A DNA stretch of 63,035 nt, filler included, from Stramenopiles sp. TOSAG23-3 (Eukaryota): assembly GCA_900128585.1 (NCBI GenBank). It is 12 parts of 12 records of this genome, joined end to end, with 100 filler letters (N's around TTAATTAATTAA, not from the genome) between each part and the next. Parts side by side here need not be neighbours in the genome. Positions count along the whole stretch, not along the records: positions 39,774 to 46,281 come from LT643302.1; positions 46,382 to 52,888 come from LT643303.1; 10 more parts are not named here. One strand, given 5' to 3'. The stretch's first letter is position 1. The number at the start of each line of letters is the position of its first letter. Below, one piece after another: positions 40,065 to 49,602 of this stretch. Position numbers and translations under genes: made by a program. Below the pieces are notes generated by a model that saw only the letters and a program-made list of their open reading frames with translations, did not search any database and was not told where the DNA came from.

Positions 40065-41792
40065 ATGGCCGGTATCGCTAGTAATGCCGCTTCTCCCCCT
40101 GCCAGTCCGACGACCGGTTACGTCTTCTTAATCCACTCGGACATAACTATGGTAGCTTGCGATTGTTGGGTTTCTGCAACTGCGGGTGTGCTTGATAGTT
40201 ACCGGAGGCCCATCGGATATCCTATGCTAAATGAACCTTTGTCCTTCTATTCTCAACGTTCTCGCACGCCTGACGTTTCGCCTCAGCAAGAAAGTTGGGT
40301 ATATGAAATGGACCAGTGGCCCCTTCCGGGAATTACAACCGAAAATGTACCGAGGCCATATTTTATTAATTTGAATACGACGATTGGTCGGGGAGCCGAT
40401 GACTCTGATCTGAAGGGAGAAAGGTTGGCTTTGCAAATACAAATATTCATTGATCGAGCAGTTCAAAATTTTGGCAACGAGAAACCCTTATTTGGCCGCT
40501 CAAAGCACCTAATCGCGTTGCCTCTTCTGGCTTCTGGAATGGGTGGAATGCACAAAAACACAGGAGTAGTGGTGGGGGCGATACTGCCCGTTTTGTTTCG
40601 CAAAACAAGCGAGTTAAACGTGGACGTTGTGCTTGTTTTATACGATAAGATAGAGTACGAAGCCGCACAAAAAGAGAGAGCGAGGCTGTTTCCGCATGGC
40701 TACCGGCAACATCTCCGCCCAACTCTCTCTGACATGGTAGAGAAACTTGCAACTTTAGCGTGCCAAGGAAACCTTGCGTTGTTTTTTGGAGCTGGGGCAA
40801 GCATGGGGGCAGATCTGCCATCGTGGGCAAATCTTCTTAAAAAGCTGGGGACTGAGTTTTCGATAAATCCTGTCGAGTTCAAAAAGCTCTCCTTTCTGGA
40901 TCAAGCGAAAATCATCGAAAAGAAGCTTGCCAAGAAGGGACGATCCGTCGGAGAAGAGATCGCAAAATTGTTTAGTAGCTCATCCTACATCAGTATCCTC
41001 CATGCCATTTTCAGTTCTTTGCCGGCCTCGGCGTTTATTACGACGAATTATGACGTAAAGTTCGAAACCGCGCACAAAGCTTGTAGAAGTGAAAGGATGT
41101 CCATACTCCCATACAGGAGAGAACCGAGTGCTCACAAATTTCTCCTAAAACTGCACGGATGCGTAAACCACCCCCAAGATATTGTTTTGACCCGGGAAGA
41201 CTACATCCGGTACAACCAAGATAGAGCTGTCCTCGGTGGCGTCCTTCAGTCCACCCTGCTTACAAAACATGTCCTATACGTTGGTTTCAGCTTGACGGAC
41301 GACAATTTTCATGCCATCTTTGATGCAGTAAAAAAATCAGTCCATTCTGCCACCCCCAAAAATTCCGCCGACACAACGAAGCTGAACATTTCTCGTAACA
41401 TGTCCGGTGGGCTGCAAGAGAACAATACTGCTCTATTGCTGAAGGCGTCCGAGTTGCAAAAGCAGTTGTGGGAAGACGACGTAGGTATAATTGCGTTGCA
41501 AGACAATGCGAACAGGAATGATGACGGTTTGTCGTATCCAGACCTAGCCCGCAGACAAGAAATACTTCTTGACGCCCTCGTTCATGAAGCAACAATTAAA
41601 CAAGGAAATAAGTTCCTTCTCTCCGAGCGCTTTGCTCCCCTCCTATCGGAGTCGGAACAGCGTTTAAAGGAAATTTTGCTGAACGCTAGGCAGGAGATAT
41701 TGAATATCCCGGGCTACGATTTGCTGTCGGCCTCGCGTGCTGTTGAAGACATGTATGTAAATCTGGGTTGCAGGGCGGTGAATATTATTTAA
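40065..41792 (+). CDS. Macro-like domain + SIR2-like (SIR2_2, antiphage-type) putative NADase
   Basis: SIR2 motifs: LALFFGAGAS..LPSW, FITTNYD, LLKLHG, IVLTREDY, LYVGFSLTDDN; no sirtuin Zn-finger CxxC pairs. N-terminus HSDITMVACD..IALPLLASGMGG resembles macrodomain motifs. ATG at 40065. Confidence 0.88.
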   Translation: MAGIASNAASPPASPTTGYVFLIHSDITMVACDCWVSATAGVLDSYRRPIGYPMLNEPLSFYSQRSRTPDVSPQQESWVYEMDQWPLPGITTENVPRPYFINLNTTIGRGADDSDLKGERLALQIQIFIDRAVQNFGNEKPLFGRSKHLIALPLLASGMGGMHKNTGVVVGAILPVLFRKTSELNVDVVLVLYDKIEYEAAQKERARLFPHGYRQHLRPTLSDMVEKLATLACQGNLALFFGAGASMGADLPSWANLLKKLGTEFSINPVEFKKLSFLDQAKIIEKKLAKKGRSVGEEIAKLFSSSSYISILHAIFSSLPASAFITTNYDVKFETAHKACRSERMSILPYRREPSAHKFLLKLHGCVNHPQDIVLTREDYIRYNQDRAVLGGVLQSTLLTKHVLYVGFSLTDDNFHAIFDAVKKSVHSATPKNSADTTKLNISRNMSGGLQENNTALLLKASELQKQLWEDDVGIIALQDNANRNDDGLSYPDLARRQEILLDALVHEATIKQGNKFLLSERFAPLLSESEQRLKEILLNARQEILNIPGYDLLSASRAVEDMYVNLGCRAVNII

Positions 41793-41950
41793 AAACAAAA
41801 AATTGGCTGTCATTTTAAGTAATTAAAATTTATCGTCTTCATGTACCGCGAAAATGAATCTGCTCTTTTTGTCCATTAACGGTTTACGTTCCTTCATGTA
41901 CTGCGAACTTAGCTGTGCTCTTGTGATTTTGCTAATCAATATACCCTTGT
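41791..41950 (+). mobile_element. MITE-like repeat copy abutting the SIR2 gene stop codon
   Basis: AAACAAAAAATTGGCTGTCATTT..CATGTACCGCGAAAATGAATCT..GGTTTACGTTCCTTCATGTACTGCGAACTTAG..CTAATCAATATACCCTTGT. Confidence 0.85.
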
Positions 41951-42200
41951 CACTTAGTCTTGCCTATCGTTCCCATGTGTACTCCGTGCATGATCCGAAT
42001 CATCGGTAGGTGGATATGTGTCGGTGGCAAATGACCCGTACTCAACTTCCTCATCCGATCGCTCACTCGTAAATGAATCAGTCCTTGTGTTAAAAAAAAA
42101 ACAAATTATATATGTAAAATAGATTTTTAACTCGGTAATACTGTTCGGATTTTATGGAAGCGATTGGGTGACAAAGTTAACAAAAATACTCCGCTCCTCC

Positions 42201-43013
42201 TTATTTTCCATGCTCCGTAGCACGTTCAAGAAAGTCGGTCATCCCGACGTAAGGGGCAGGGTAAACAAAATTTTCATCAAGATCGATCTCAGAGTCGTAA
42301 TTAAAATTTACCAGAATGCCCTGCTGCAAAAGTTCAGTGCGGACCTCTTCGTTTGGTGCGCGACCGCCTGGCAACCAAAGCCCGACAACATCAAACTGGC
42401 CGGGGGCACTAGCGGCAGCCTCCACTATCCGTTCAAGAACACGAAATTTTCCCGGCGCTCCAAGACGTTCAGCTGTAACATGGCGACAAGTCAGCATTAT
42501 CCCGGCGCGAAAACTTCCGCCGGACGGTGTCGCGGCTTTTATAACATCGGCGAGTGGCAGGCTTTCGTCGACCCAGTGCGGTTGCTTTTCTACACCTTCT
42601 GGGAGGGGCTCGATTGCAAACTCTTTGGCAAATGCATGGATAACGACACGATGGGTTCCAAGGCGGGACACGAGGCCTTGGATTGTGTCCAGGGCCAAGC
42701 GACTTTTTGCATCGAGAACGAGGACGGCCTTTGGGTCTCCAGATTCAAATCTTGCTATGCCTTCTTCTAGTGGGACGTTCGCCGGCTGCGGTTTACCTTT
42801 GTACTCGTAAAACAAAGGTGGGTGCTGGATTGTGGCAACAGCGTCAGCCGGGGCGGCAGGCCTGTAAATATCAAACTCTATAGATCGTGGCGCTTCCGAC
42901 GACACGGCCGCCTCTAGTATATCTACTGACACAGTGTGCGTGTGAAAATAATGCCATGGAAGGTTCTTCGAGCGTGCTATCGCGACTGGGTTTCTAGGGT
43001 CCAGTTGGGCCAT
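42201..43013 (-). CDS. PLC-like phosphodiesterase TIM barrel, FAM151/menorin (DUF2181)-like
   Basis: YFHTH..LEAAV..SIEFDI..IQHPP..LEE..LVLDAKS parallels the FAM151 pattern WxHA..IEADV..MAHPP..LxE..KLDFKS. Confidence 0.65.
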   Translation of the reverse strand: MAQLDPRNPVAIARSKNLPWHYFHTHTVSVDILEAAVSSEAPRSIEFDIYRPAAPADAVATIQHPPLFYEYKGKPQPANVPLEEGIARFESGDPKAVLVLDAKSRLALDTIQGLVSRLGTHRVVIHAFAKEFAIEPLPEGVEKQPHWVDESLPLADVIKAATPSGGSFRAGIMLTCRHVTAERLGAPGKFRVLERIVEAAASAPGQFDVVGLWLPGGRAPNEEVRTELLQQGILVNFNYDSEIDLDENFVYPAPYVGMTDFLERATEHGK

Positions 43014-43370
43014 TCCGCTGCTCCAGTCTTCTCTTACATCAATTTGATCGTGTCCACCCGGGAATTTGCATGTTAGTTGTGCCTTTGAATCGCTTTGTAC
43101 TTGAGAAGCAATGGAGCTAATAGTTTTCTGTAGTTTATATAAGAAGAATGCTTTTATCTATAAAATATATAATAAAAAAATAATCTATTATTATTTTATT
43201 ATTTTTATTTTTATTATATTATTAATTATTTTAATAAGAAAAGAAGACCCCGCCGGATAGTTCATGGACTCCACTTTAAAAAAAATGATTGACAACCACC
43301 ATCAATGAGACGAAATTACAGAACCAAGTTAGGATTAGGGTACGACGAAGCTAAATTTAATTATACTTAT

Positions 43371-43394
43371 AAATAACAGCCAATTTTCTTGTTT
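43371..43394 (-). mobile_element. Solo terminal repeat of MITE-like family
   Basis: AAATAACAGCCAATTTTCTTGTTT, exact reverse complement of the family end. Confidence 0.7.
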
Positions 43395-43864
43395 AAGAAG
43401 AAGAAGAAGAAGAAGAAAGAGAAAAAAAAAGACCAGAACCTACACTATTCGAGTTGTATAGTAGTCTTATATTAGGGTTATTTAGCTATTATTACATATT
43501 ATAGTAGTAATAATACGTGCTTCTTTTTTTAATTTAATTATCTTCCATAGTCTTACTACCGGTATTAATACCGTACACCACAGGTACCAACCGGTGGAAG
43601 AAGTAAAAAAATTAAAAAAATGTTGTTGTTAGAAGATTCTTCTTCTTCTCTTCAACATATAATTAATATCTTTCTTCTTCTCTGCTGATGATTACGATTG
43701 ATTATTGCCAACTATAAACAATCATTAAAGTGAAAAGAAACCATATTCTTATATTCCGCAATAGATCACGATACAATTCAAACAAGACACCAAGAACAAA
43801 AATCCAAAACAGTAAACCTTCTGCTTTGTTTTGCACCCAAGTAATCACTACCTAAGAAAAAGAA

Positions 43865-45442
43865 ATGTCTGGTTCCTCGCAAGCACACTCGTTGGCCGAA
43901 AAGGTCATTGGGAAGAAACGGCCCGTTGAGTTAAGCGACAGTTCGACTCCGCCGCACTCGCCTGAAGGGAGCCCGTCCGTCAATAACAGCGATGGTGTAA
44001 ATCCTTTGTGCTTGTCCCCTCCCTTGGAATCGTTTGGAGACAGGCTTGCCAAACGGAAGTCGCTGTATAACCCAAACCCTCAACTCCGGAGTGCACCGCA
44101 GGACGCAACACAAGGGACTGCTGGGGATCGACTCGTTTTGGTTATGGTAGGCCTTCCTGCGAGAGGGAAGACCTACATAGCAAACAGGGTCGCGCGATAC
44201 TTGCGGTTTTTCCACGGTGCGCCGGCGAAAGTCTTTAATGTTGGTAATTACAGGAGACAAATCAGCGGCGCAAAGTGTTCAGCGGCATTCTTCGACCCCA
44301 ACAACAAAGAAGCTACAGGGGCTCGGGAGCAGGCTGCCAAGCGCGCAATGCAGGACTTGAAGGGCTGGCTGACGGAAAGCAACGACAAGGGTCGCGTCGC
44401 CATATTCGATGCGACAAACACTACCAACAGAAGAAGGAAGTGGATCATTGATGAGCTTTTGGGAATCATGGAATCGAGGTCCCACATAATTTTCTTGGAA
44501 AGTGTATGCAGTGACGAAAACATAATCAATGAAAACATACGTGCCGTGAAATTGAACATGCCCGACTACGAGGGTGTCGACAAAGAACAGGCCGCTCAGG
44601 ATTTCCGAAATCGGATTGACAAGTACAAATCGATCTACGAACCAATCACAGATACGTCAATGTCGTACATCCGCCTCGTCGACGCCGGACGGCAGTGTGT
44701 TATGAACAACATAAAGGGGTTCCTCGCCGGCCGAATCATGAACTTTCTTATGAATTTGCATTTTCACCCCCGTCCAATTTACCTCAGCCGTCACGGCCAG
44801 AGCCAGTACAACAAGCTCGGGAAAATCGGCGGCGATTCCGCTTTGTCAGAAGCCGGGGAGGAATACGCGGTTGGGTTGGCCAAATATGCTAAGGAACACA
44901 TTCTTGTGGACAACATTGAAGGGATTAAAGGGAACTGCCAGCACGCACGACTCTTCACCAGCTCTTTGCGGCGCACTCAGCTGACGGCACGTCACATCTC
45001 GCACGATAAGCTGGACGATGGGTGGATTGTGATGCGCCCGAAAGTCCTGCGAAACCTGGACGAAATTTATGCTGGGATTTTCGACGGGTACACGTACAAA
45101 GAGATCAAAGAGATTGCTCCCGATGAGTTCAAAGCACGTAGTGCAAACAAACTGACGTATCGGTATCCTCGGGGAGAATCATACCTGGATGTCATTGATC
45201 GGCTCGTCCCCGTGATACAGGAAGTGGAGAGGACACAGGACCCTATCTTGATCGTTGGCCACCAAGGGATTCTTCGAATCATCTACGCGTACTTTATGGA
45301 CATGCCCCGTGAAAAAGCCCCATTTGTGAAGATTCCATTAAATACGGTGATCAAACTTATTCCAGAAGCATACGGTTGCCAAGAAGAACACATTTGTTTG
45401 ATTCCCATGGAGGACAAAGAAAAGAATGTTCAATCCCATTGA
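43865..45442 (+). CDS. PFKFB: Bifunctional 6-phosphofructo-2-kinase/fructose-2,6-bisphosphatase
   Basis: MVGLPARGKT, FNVGNYRR, FDATN (kinase); RHGQS, LDEI, RYPRGESY, GHQG (histidine phosphatase). Confidence 0.96.
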   Translation: MSGSSQAHSLAEKVIGKKRPVELSDSSTPPHSPEGSPSVNNSDGVNPLCLSPPLESFGDRLAKRKSLYNPNPQLRSAPQDATQGTAGDRLVLVMVGLPARGKTYIANRVARYLRFFHGAPAKVFNVGNYRRQISGAKCSAAFFDPNNKEATGAREQAAKRAMQDLKGWLTESNDKGRVAIFDATNTTNRRRKWIIDELLGIMESRSHIIFLESVCSDENIINENIRAVKLNMPDYEGVDKEQAAQDFRNRIDKYKSIYEPITDTSMSYIRLVDAGRQCVMNNIKGFLAGRIMNFLMNLHFHPRPIYLSRHGQSQYNKLGKIGGDSALSEAGEEYAVGLAKYAKEHILVDNIEGIKGNCQHARLFTSSLRRTQLTARHISHDKLDDGWIVMRPKVLRNLDEIYAGIFDGYTYKEIKEIAPDEFKARSANKLTYRYPRGESYLDVIDRLVPVIQEVERTQDPILIVGHQGILRIIYAYFMDMPREKAPFVKIPLNTVIKLIPEAYGCQEEHICLIPMEDKEKNVQSH

Positions 45443-45535
45443 CTTTATAAATGAAGAAATCAAATTTTATTTAAGTCCAATAAGAAAGGTCAGTTTTGTG
45501 ACGACTTACGACTAGACTGTTTTTTTATTAAAATT

Positions 45536-45863
45536 AAAAACAAAAAATTGGCTGTTATTTTAAAGGAATTAGAATTTAGCTTCCTCATATACCGCAAAAA
45601 TGAATCTATTCTTTTGTTCCTTACAGGTTTACATTCCTCCATGTACTGCGAACTTATCTCCACTGTTTTCTTGTTTTTAATTATCATAGGATACTCTTCA
45701 ATAAAAAAACAAGAAAATTGACTATTATTTTTTAGGTATGTAATTAAAATTAATGTACTGCGAACTGAACTCTAAATTTCGAACTTATCTTTGCATTGTG
45801 GTTTCACTAATCAATAGATGGTCTACATGTACGATCCTTCAATAACAGCCAATTTTATTGTTC
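45536..45863 (+). mobile_element. Two tandem MITE-like copies; the second (about 45706-45863) has both inverted ends
   Basis: Left ends at 45536 and 45706; right end AATAACAGCCAATTTTATTGTT at 45841; internal ATGTACTGCGAACT modules. Confidence 0.85.
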
Positions 45864-45983
45864 TTTAATAAACCAAAATATACTTAGTATCATAGCTTCT
45901 TGGAAAATTCTATACATATCTTCACTCTTGTGATATCTTAATGACTATTCCGGTATTACGCGTTAACTTCTTTTTTTCCTGTT

Positions 45984-46281
45984 TCAGAAAACTCCGGCGT
46001 ACATGCCGACGATGTACGGTAAGAACGCATCTATGTTTTGGTATTCTGTTGTACTGTTGCTGCCCCCAGCGAGTGTAGTTGGCGTCCTTTGCCACATGTA
46101 CGTGTCAAACTTGCGGTCGGAGGGGAGCATTGCAATTCCACTGTTTTCGGCGTCGTGGTGAGGTTTGTAAAGAGGATTGTCTGTGTTATTCACGGCCTTG
46201 TCCCATTTTTCATTTGTACATGGGCACGCCTGGCGATAAATGTCAACCCGACGAAATATGCCAAGCTGAATCTCGTAAATT
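45984..46281 (-). CDS. 3' end of a 5'-truncated gene; C-terminus resembles an uncharacterised bacterial protein family
   Basis: Frame is open from the contig end and finishes LPSDRKFDTYMWQRTPTTLAGG..EYQNIDAFLPYIVGMYAGVF*. Confidence 0.6.
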
Positions 46282-46787
46282 NNNNNNNNNNNNNNNNNNN
46301 NNNNNNNNNNNNNNNNNNNNNNNNNTTAATTAATTAANNNNNNNNNNNNNNNNNNNNNNNNNNNNNNNNNNNNNNNNNNNNAAAACAGAAAAGAATTTAT
46401 TTCCAAGGTATTCGAGGAGTCGAGGAGGGAGGAGGAAGGCCAACCGTAACTTGTTGATGAGTAATTATTTACGAAAAAATTTATTAATAATATAAGTAAA
46501 ACAATATTATTATTAAATATAAAAAATACGAATATATTCGTATTTTTTTTTAATTATTTATATTGAAAAAATACAACAACAAATACAATTATTATTCGTC
46601 TTCTACCTTCTACCGTACCCCGGTACAGGTACAGGAACCTCGTAGAATCGAAGTGTCAGAGATTTAGATTTATTTTTTTTCTCTGCAAAAAAATTCGTTA
46701 CACTAGACCCTTTGGTACCGGTATTGTACTAGATTTAATATTTATAAAAAATAATAATACTTTAATACCAAGTAATTATTACTACTT

Positions 46788-46817
46788 AAATAACAGCAAC
46801 AGCCAATTTTCTTGTTT
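46788..46817 (-). mobile_element. Solo terminal repeat of MITE-like family (with 6-nt internal duplication)
   Basis: AAATAACAGCAACAGCCAATTTTCTTGTTT. Confidence 0.65.
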
Positions 46818-47036
46818 GTTTAAAAATAATTTTTGTCGCCATAAATAAATAGATTAAAATGTGCAATAGATATACTACTGCAGGTGTGATAAAACTTCAT
46901 CATTATATCGACCGGCCTTATTGTTCATTTCAACCTCTTCAGTGCATCGTTTAATTTGAATGGTTCATTCAACAGGCCGATAATTCTCGATTGTTTCTTC
47001 AGGAAATTCGATAGTACATGTGCATGCCTATCCAGG

Positions 47037-47579
47037 ATGTCGGGCAAGCAGAAAATGTTAATGGACGCCTTGCACGGTGCAATCGAGGAATTAACGATTG
47101 ATAGTGCCACTCCAGAGGAATCGTACGAAATAATTAGTAATTTAGTAAAGAGGGGGGCAGAGGTCAATTCCAATTACGGTCCATCCTTAAAGACTCCGTT
47201 GCATCGCAGTGTTGAGCTCAATCGGACAGATTTGCTGAAGCTTTTTGTTGAAACTGGGCGTGGAGACGTCAATTTGAAAGACAAAACAGGATGGACCCCT
47301 CTGCACAACGCTGCATCATCGGGAAGGATACAAATTGTTCGTTACTTGCTGAGCCACGGCGGGAAGAGAGGGATAAACTATCAAGATGTCGATGGCGAGA
47401 CCCCCTTGCATTTAGCCGGAGACTGGGGGTCCGAGCCTGTCTTTGATGCATTGCTAGCAGGTGGGGCCGACCGAAGCATCGTTAACCACGAGGGCGAAAA
47501 GGCGATAGACTTGCTACTGGATGCATCGTACACTGCGAACTTAAAAATTGACCGAAGAAAGAAATATCTTGCAAAATAG
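47037..47579 (+). CDS. Small ankyrin-repeat protein
   Basis: KTPLHRSV, GWTPLHNAASSG, GETPLHLA; likely ATG at 47037. Confidence 0.9.
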   Translation: MSGKQKMLMDALHGAIEELTIDSATPEESYEIISNLVKRGAEVNSNYGPSLKTPLHRSVELNRTDLLKLFVETGRGDVNLKDKTGWTPLHNAASSGRIQIVRYLLSHGGKRGINYQDVDGETPLHLAGDWGSEPVFDALLAGGADRSIVNHEGEKAIDLLLDASYTANLKIDRRKKYLAK

Positions 47580-47674
47580 ATTTTGGGCGGTTCGCTGTTT
47601 GCAGCGCCAAAATAGACTTACAAATACACTACTGTAGATAAAGTTAACACACGCTTGCATCCTCGCTTTCGGCT

Positions 47675-48661
47675 TCAAAGGTCTGCCCCCTTTCCATCCC
47701 ATTCCCTGCTTGATGCGTACTCCTCTTTTCGCCACCTGCCAAGAAATTCCGGCAGGGATGGGCAAACCAACGAGTCCAGCGCAGTTCTATCTACGTAATA
47801 CCACGTCTTGTGGATGCCAAACGGGGGGACGGTGGTGTCGGTTGCCATGGACTCTATTGCGAACGTAGCGGCAAATGATTCGTTTGCGAGACGAAGATTC
47901 GGTAATGCTTGAACTCCGCACGAAAAAAACAAATCTTCATTGTAGGGTGACCTGTTCGAAAAGCTCTCGAGAACCTGTAGCATTGCTTCCCGATTACGCC
48001 ACGACAGCCCACCGTTCCCTACTGTTGTGTAGGTTCTGGGCAGGGATCGATCTTGCAGGCACGCGCACGGGAAACCAGGAGGCCTGTTTAGTGCCTTGCC
48101 CTTTGGGTTCCAGACATGTTCGTCCCAAGGCGCACCAATGTAGTCGTAATCAAAGAACGTGTCCAATGAGCCCACGAGTTCAACCTTGCTCTGGCACAGG
48201 AGTGTGTCCGCTTGAAAAATAAGAACATAGTCGTAATCTTTTACGTGAACGTTCCAGAATTTTTTGCTTTTCAAGTACTGGTTGTATTCTTTCCTTGTCG
48301 TGGAGCCGAAGCCAGTGTTGGTGAACAGGATACGACCCTCGTCCGAAGACTTGATTGCATTTGATATCGATTGAGACGATTTCAAGAATTTCTCATTGTC
48401 ACCATGGAAAACATGAATTTTGACTTCGGGCGGCAATCTTTTCGCAAAATGTTCAATGACAAACCCTAACTCTGGAAGCGGTCGGTGCTCCACAATGACG
48501 GCAGCCACGTTGTGCTCTTTCAGCTTTGTTTTCTGCGCCGAATTACTCGTGTAAACCACTTTTAAATTTCTCACATCAACGCGTTCGGATGACCGATTAA
48601 TGAATAAACGGTAGCATATATGAACGACGACGTACGTCCAAAAGGCACTTCCTAGCTGCAT
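47675..48661 (-). CDS. DUF5672-family glycosyltransferase-like type II membrane protein
   Basis: VLIFQAD, DYDYIGAPW, VGNGGLSWR, EDLFF, FAIES, FGIHKTW; N-terminal hydrophobic anchor from ATG 48661. Confidence 0.8.
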   Translation of the reverse strand: MQLGSAFWTYVVVHICYRLFINRSSERVDVRNLKVVYTSNSAQKTKLKEHNVAAVIVEHRPLPELGFVIEHFAKRLPPEVKIHVFHGDNEKFLKSSQSISNAIKSSDEGRILFTNTGFGSTTRKEYNQYLKSKKFWNVHVKDYDYVLIFQADTLLCQSKVELVGSLDTFFDYDYIGAPWDEHVWNPKGKALNRPPGFPCACLQDRSLPRTYTTVGNGGLSWRNREAMLQVLESFSNRSPYNEDLFFSCGVQALPNLRLANESFAATFAIESMATDTTVPPFGIHKTWYYVDRTALDSLVCPSLPEFLGRWRKEEYASSREWDGKGADL

Positions 48662-48952
48662 AACATCTAGGACTAGGACTATAGTTTGGGTGGGGGCAAC
48701 GTCCCAGGCTTCGTCGGAAGAAAAGGAAGAAGAATATAAGAATTTGCGCTTGTGTCCATTTTTCTTCTGAATGTGGTCTATTAGATACACATGAGTGAGA
48801 AAACGATAAACGTTTGTTTCTTTCTATTGATATCATAATTTTTTTATACTGTATATTAGACAATAAAATTTCCAGTAGTAGTAGTAGTTGCTTTTTTTAC
48901 AGTAGTATTATTGGAATTATGAATATAGTAGTACGTAGTAGCCTGACGACCC

Positions 48953-49323
48953 TTCGGGATGAATGCCCTGGCATACAAGGAGGACTCTTTCTATAATTTA
49001 CCTAATTTTGTCGATAGAATGGGAGGAGCCGCTCGGTAGAGATTCTAAGCCTTCACATCGACACAGTATGATTATCTATGCTGTGTCCATTCGCCTGATC
49101 ACACCCACTCAGGCCATTATTCAATTATAGGGTTTCATACTTAATACAATACATTTATTCTGGCCTGAGTATAGAGTTATGATATACATAGACACAGTAT
49201 ATATAAGTATCCTGTGTCGATGTGAAGGCATAGAATCTCTACCGAGCGGCTCCTCCCATTCTATCGACAATTAGGTAAATTATAGAAATAGGCCCAGCAG
49301 CAGCCCATGTCAGGCATCCCGAA
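48953..49323. repeat. Long inverted repeat / foldback (core arms 48988-49066 and 49212-49288)
   Basis: Core arms are reverse complements with one mismatch and a 2-nt bulge. Further pairing lies inside (CTGTGTC/GACACAG; ACTCAGGCCA/TGGCCTGAGT) and outside (TTCGGGATG/CATCCCGAA). Confidence 0.95.
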
Positions 49324-49602
49324 CTAACAGAAAAAGAAAAAAAAAGGGGAAAAAAAATGATAATAAAAATACAACAAAATTACATTTTACAGATTGTACG
49401 ATACATTGTTTAATCCAACGTATTATTAAGTAGAAAAGTTCACAAACAGTTCCTTCTTTAAAACATCAGATGACTGGTTTAAAATGTCAAGGGATACTTG
49501 ATCGATATATTGAAACGAAATCCTGCTCGGGACTGTGGTGTTCACACTGGCCGGGACGGGACCAGGTGGGGTTCACAGGGGTGGGGAGTTTCCGTGTACC
49601 CA

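Noticed and set aside
43329-43341. TTAGGATTAGGG telomere-like motif
   Set aside because: Only two imperfect units, in an internal position.
46521-46548. 28-bp perfect palindrome AAAAAATACGAATATATTCGTATTTTTT
   Set aside because: Almost entirely A/T in AT-rich DNA and seen once; weak evidence of function.
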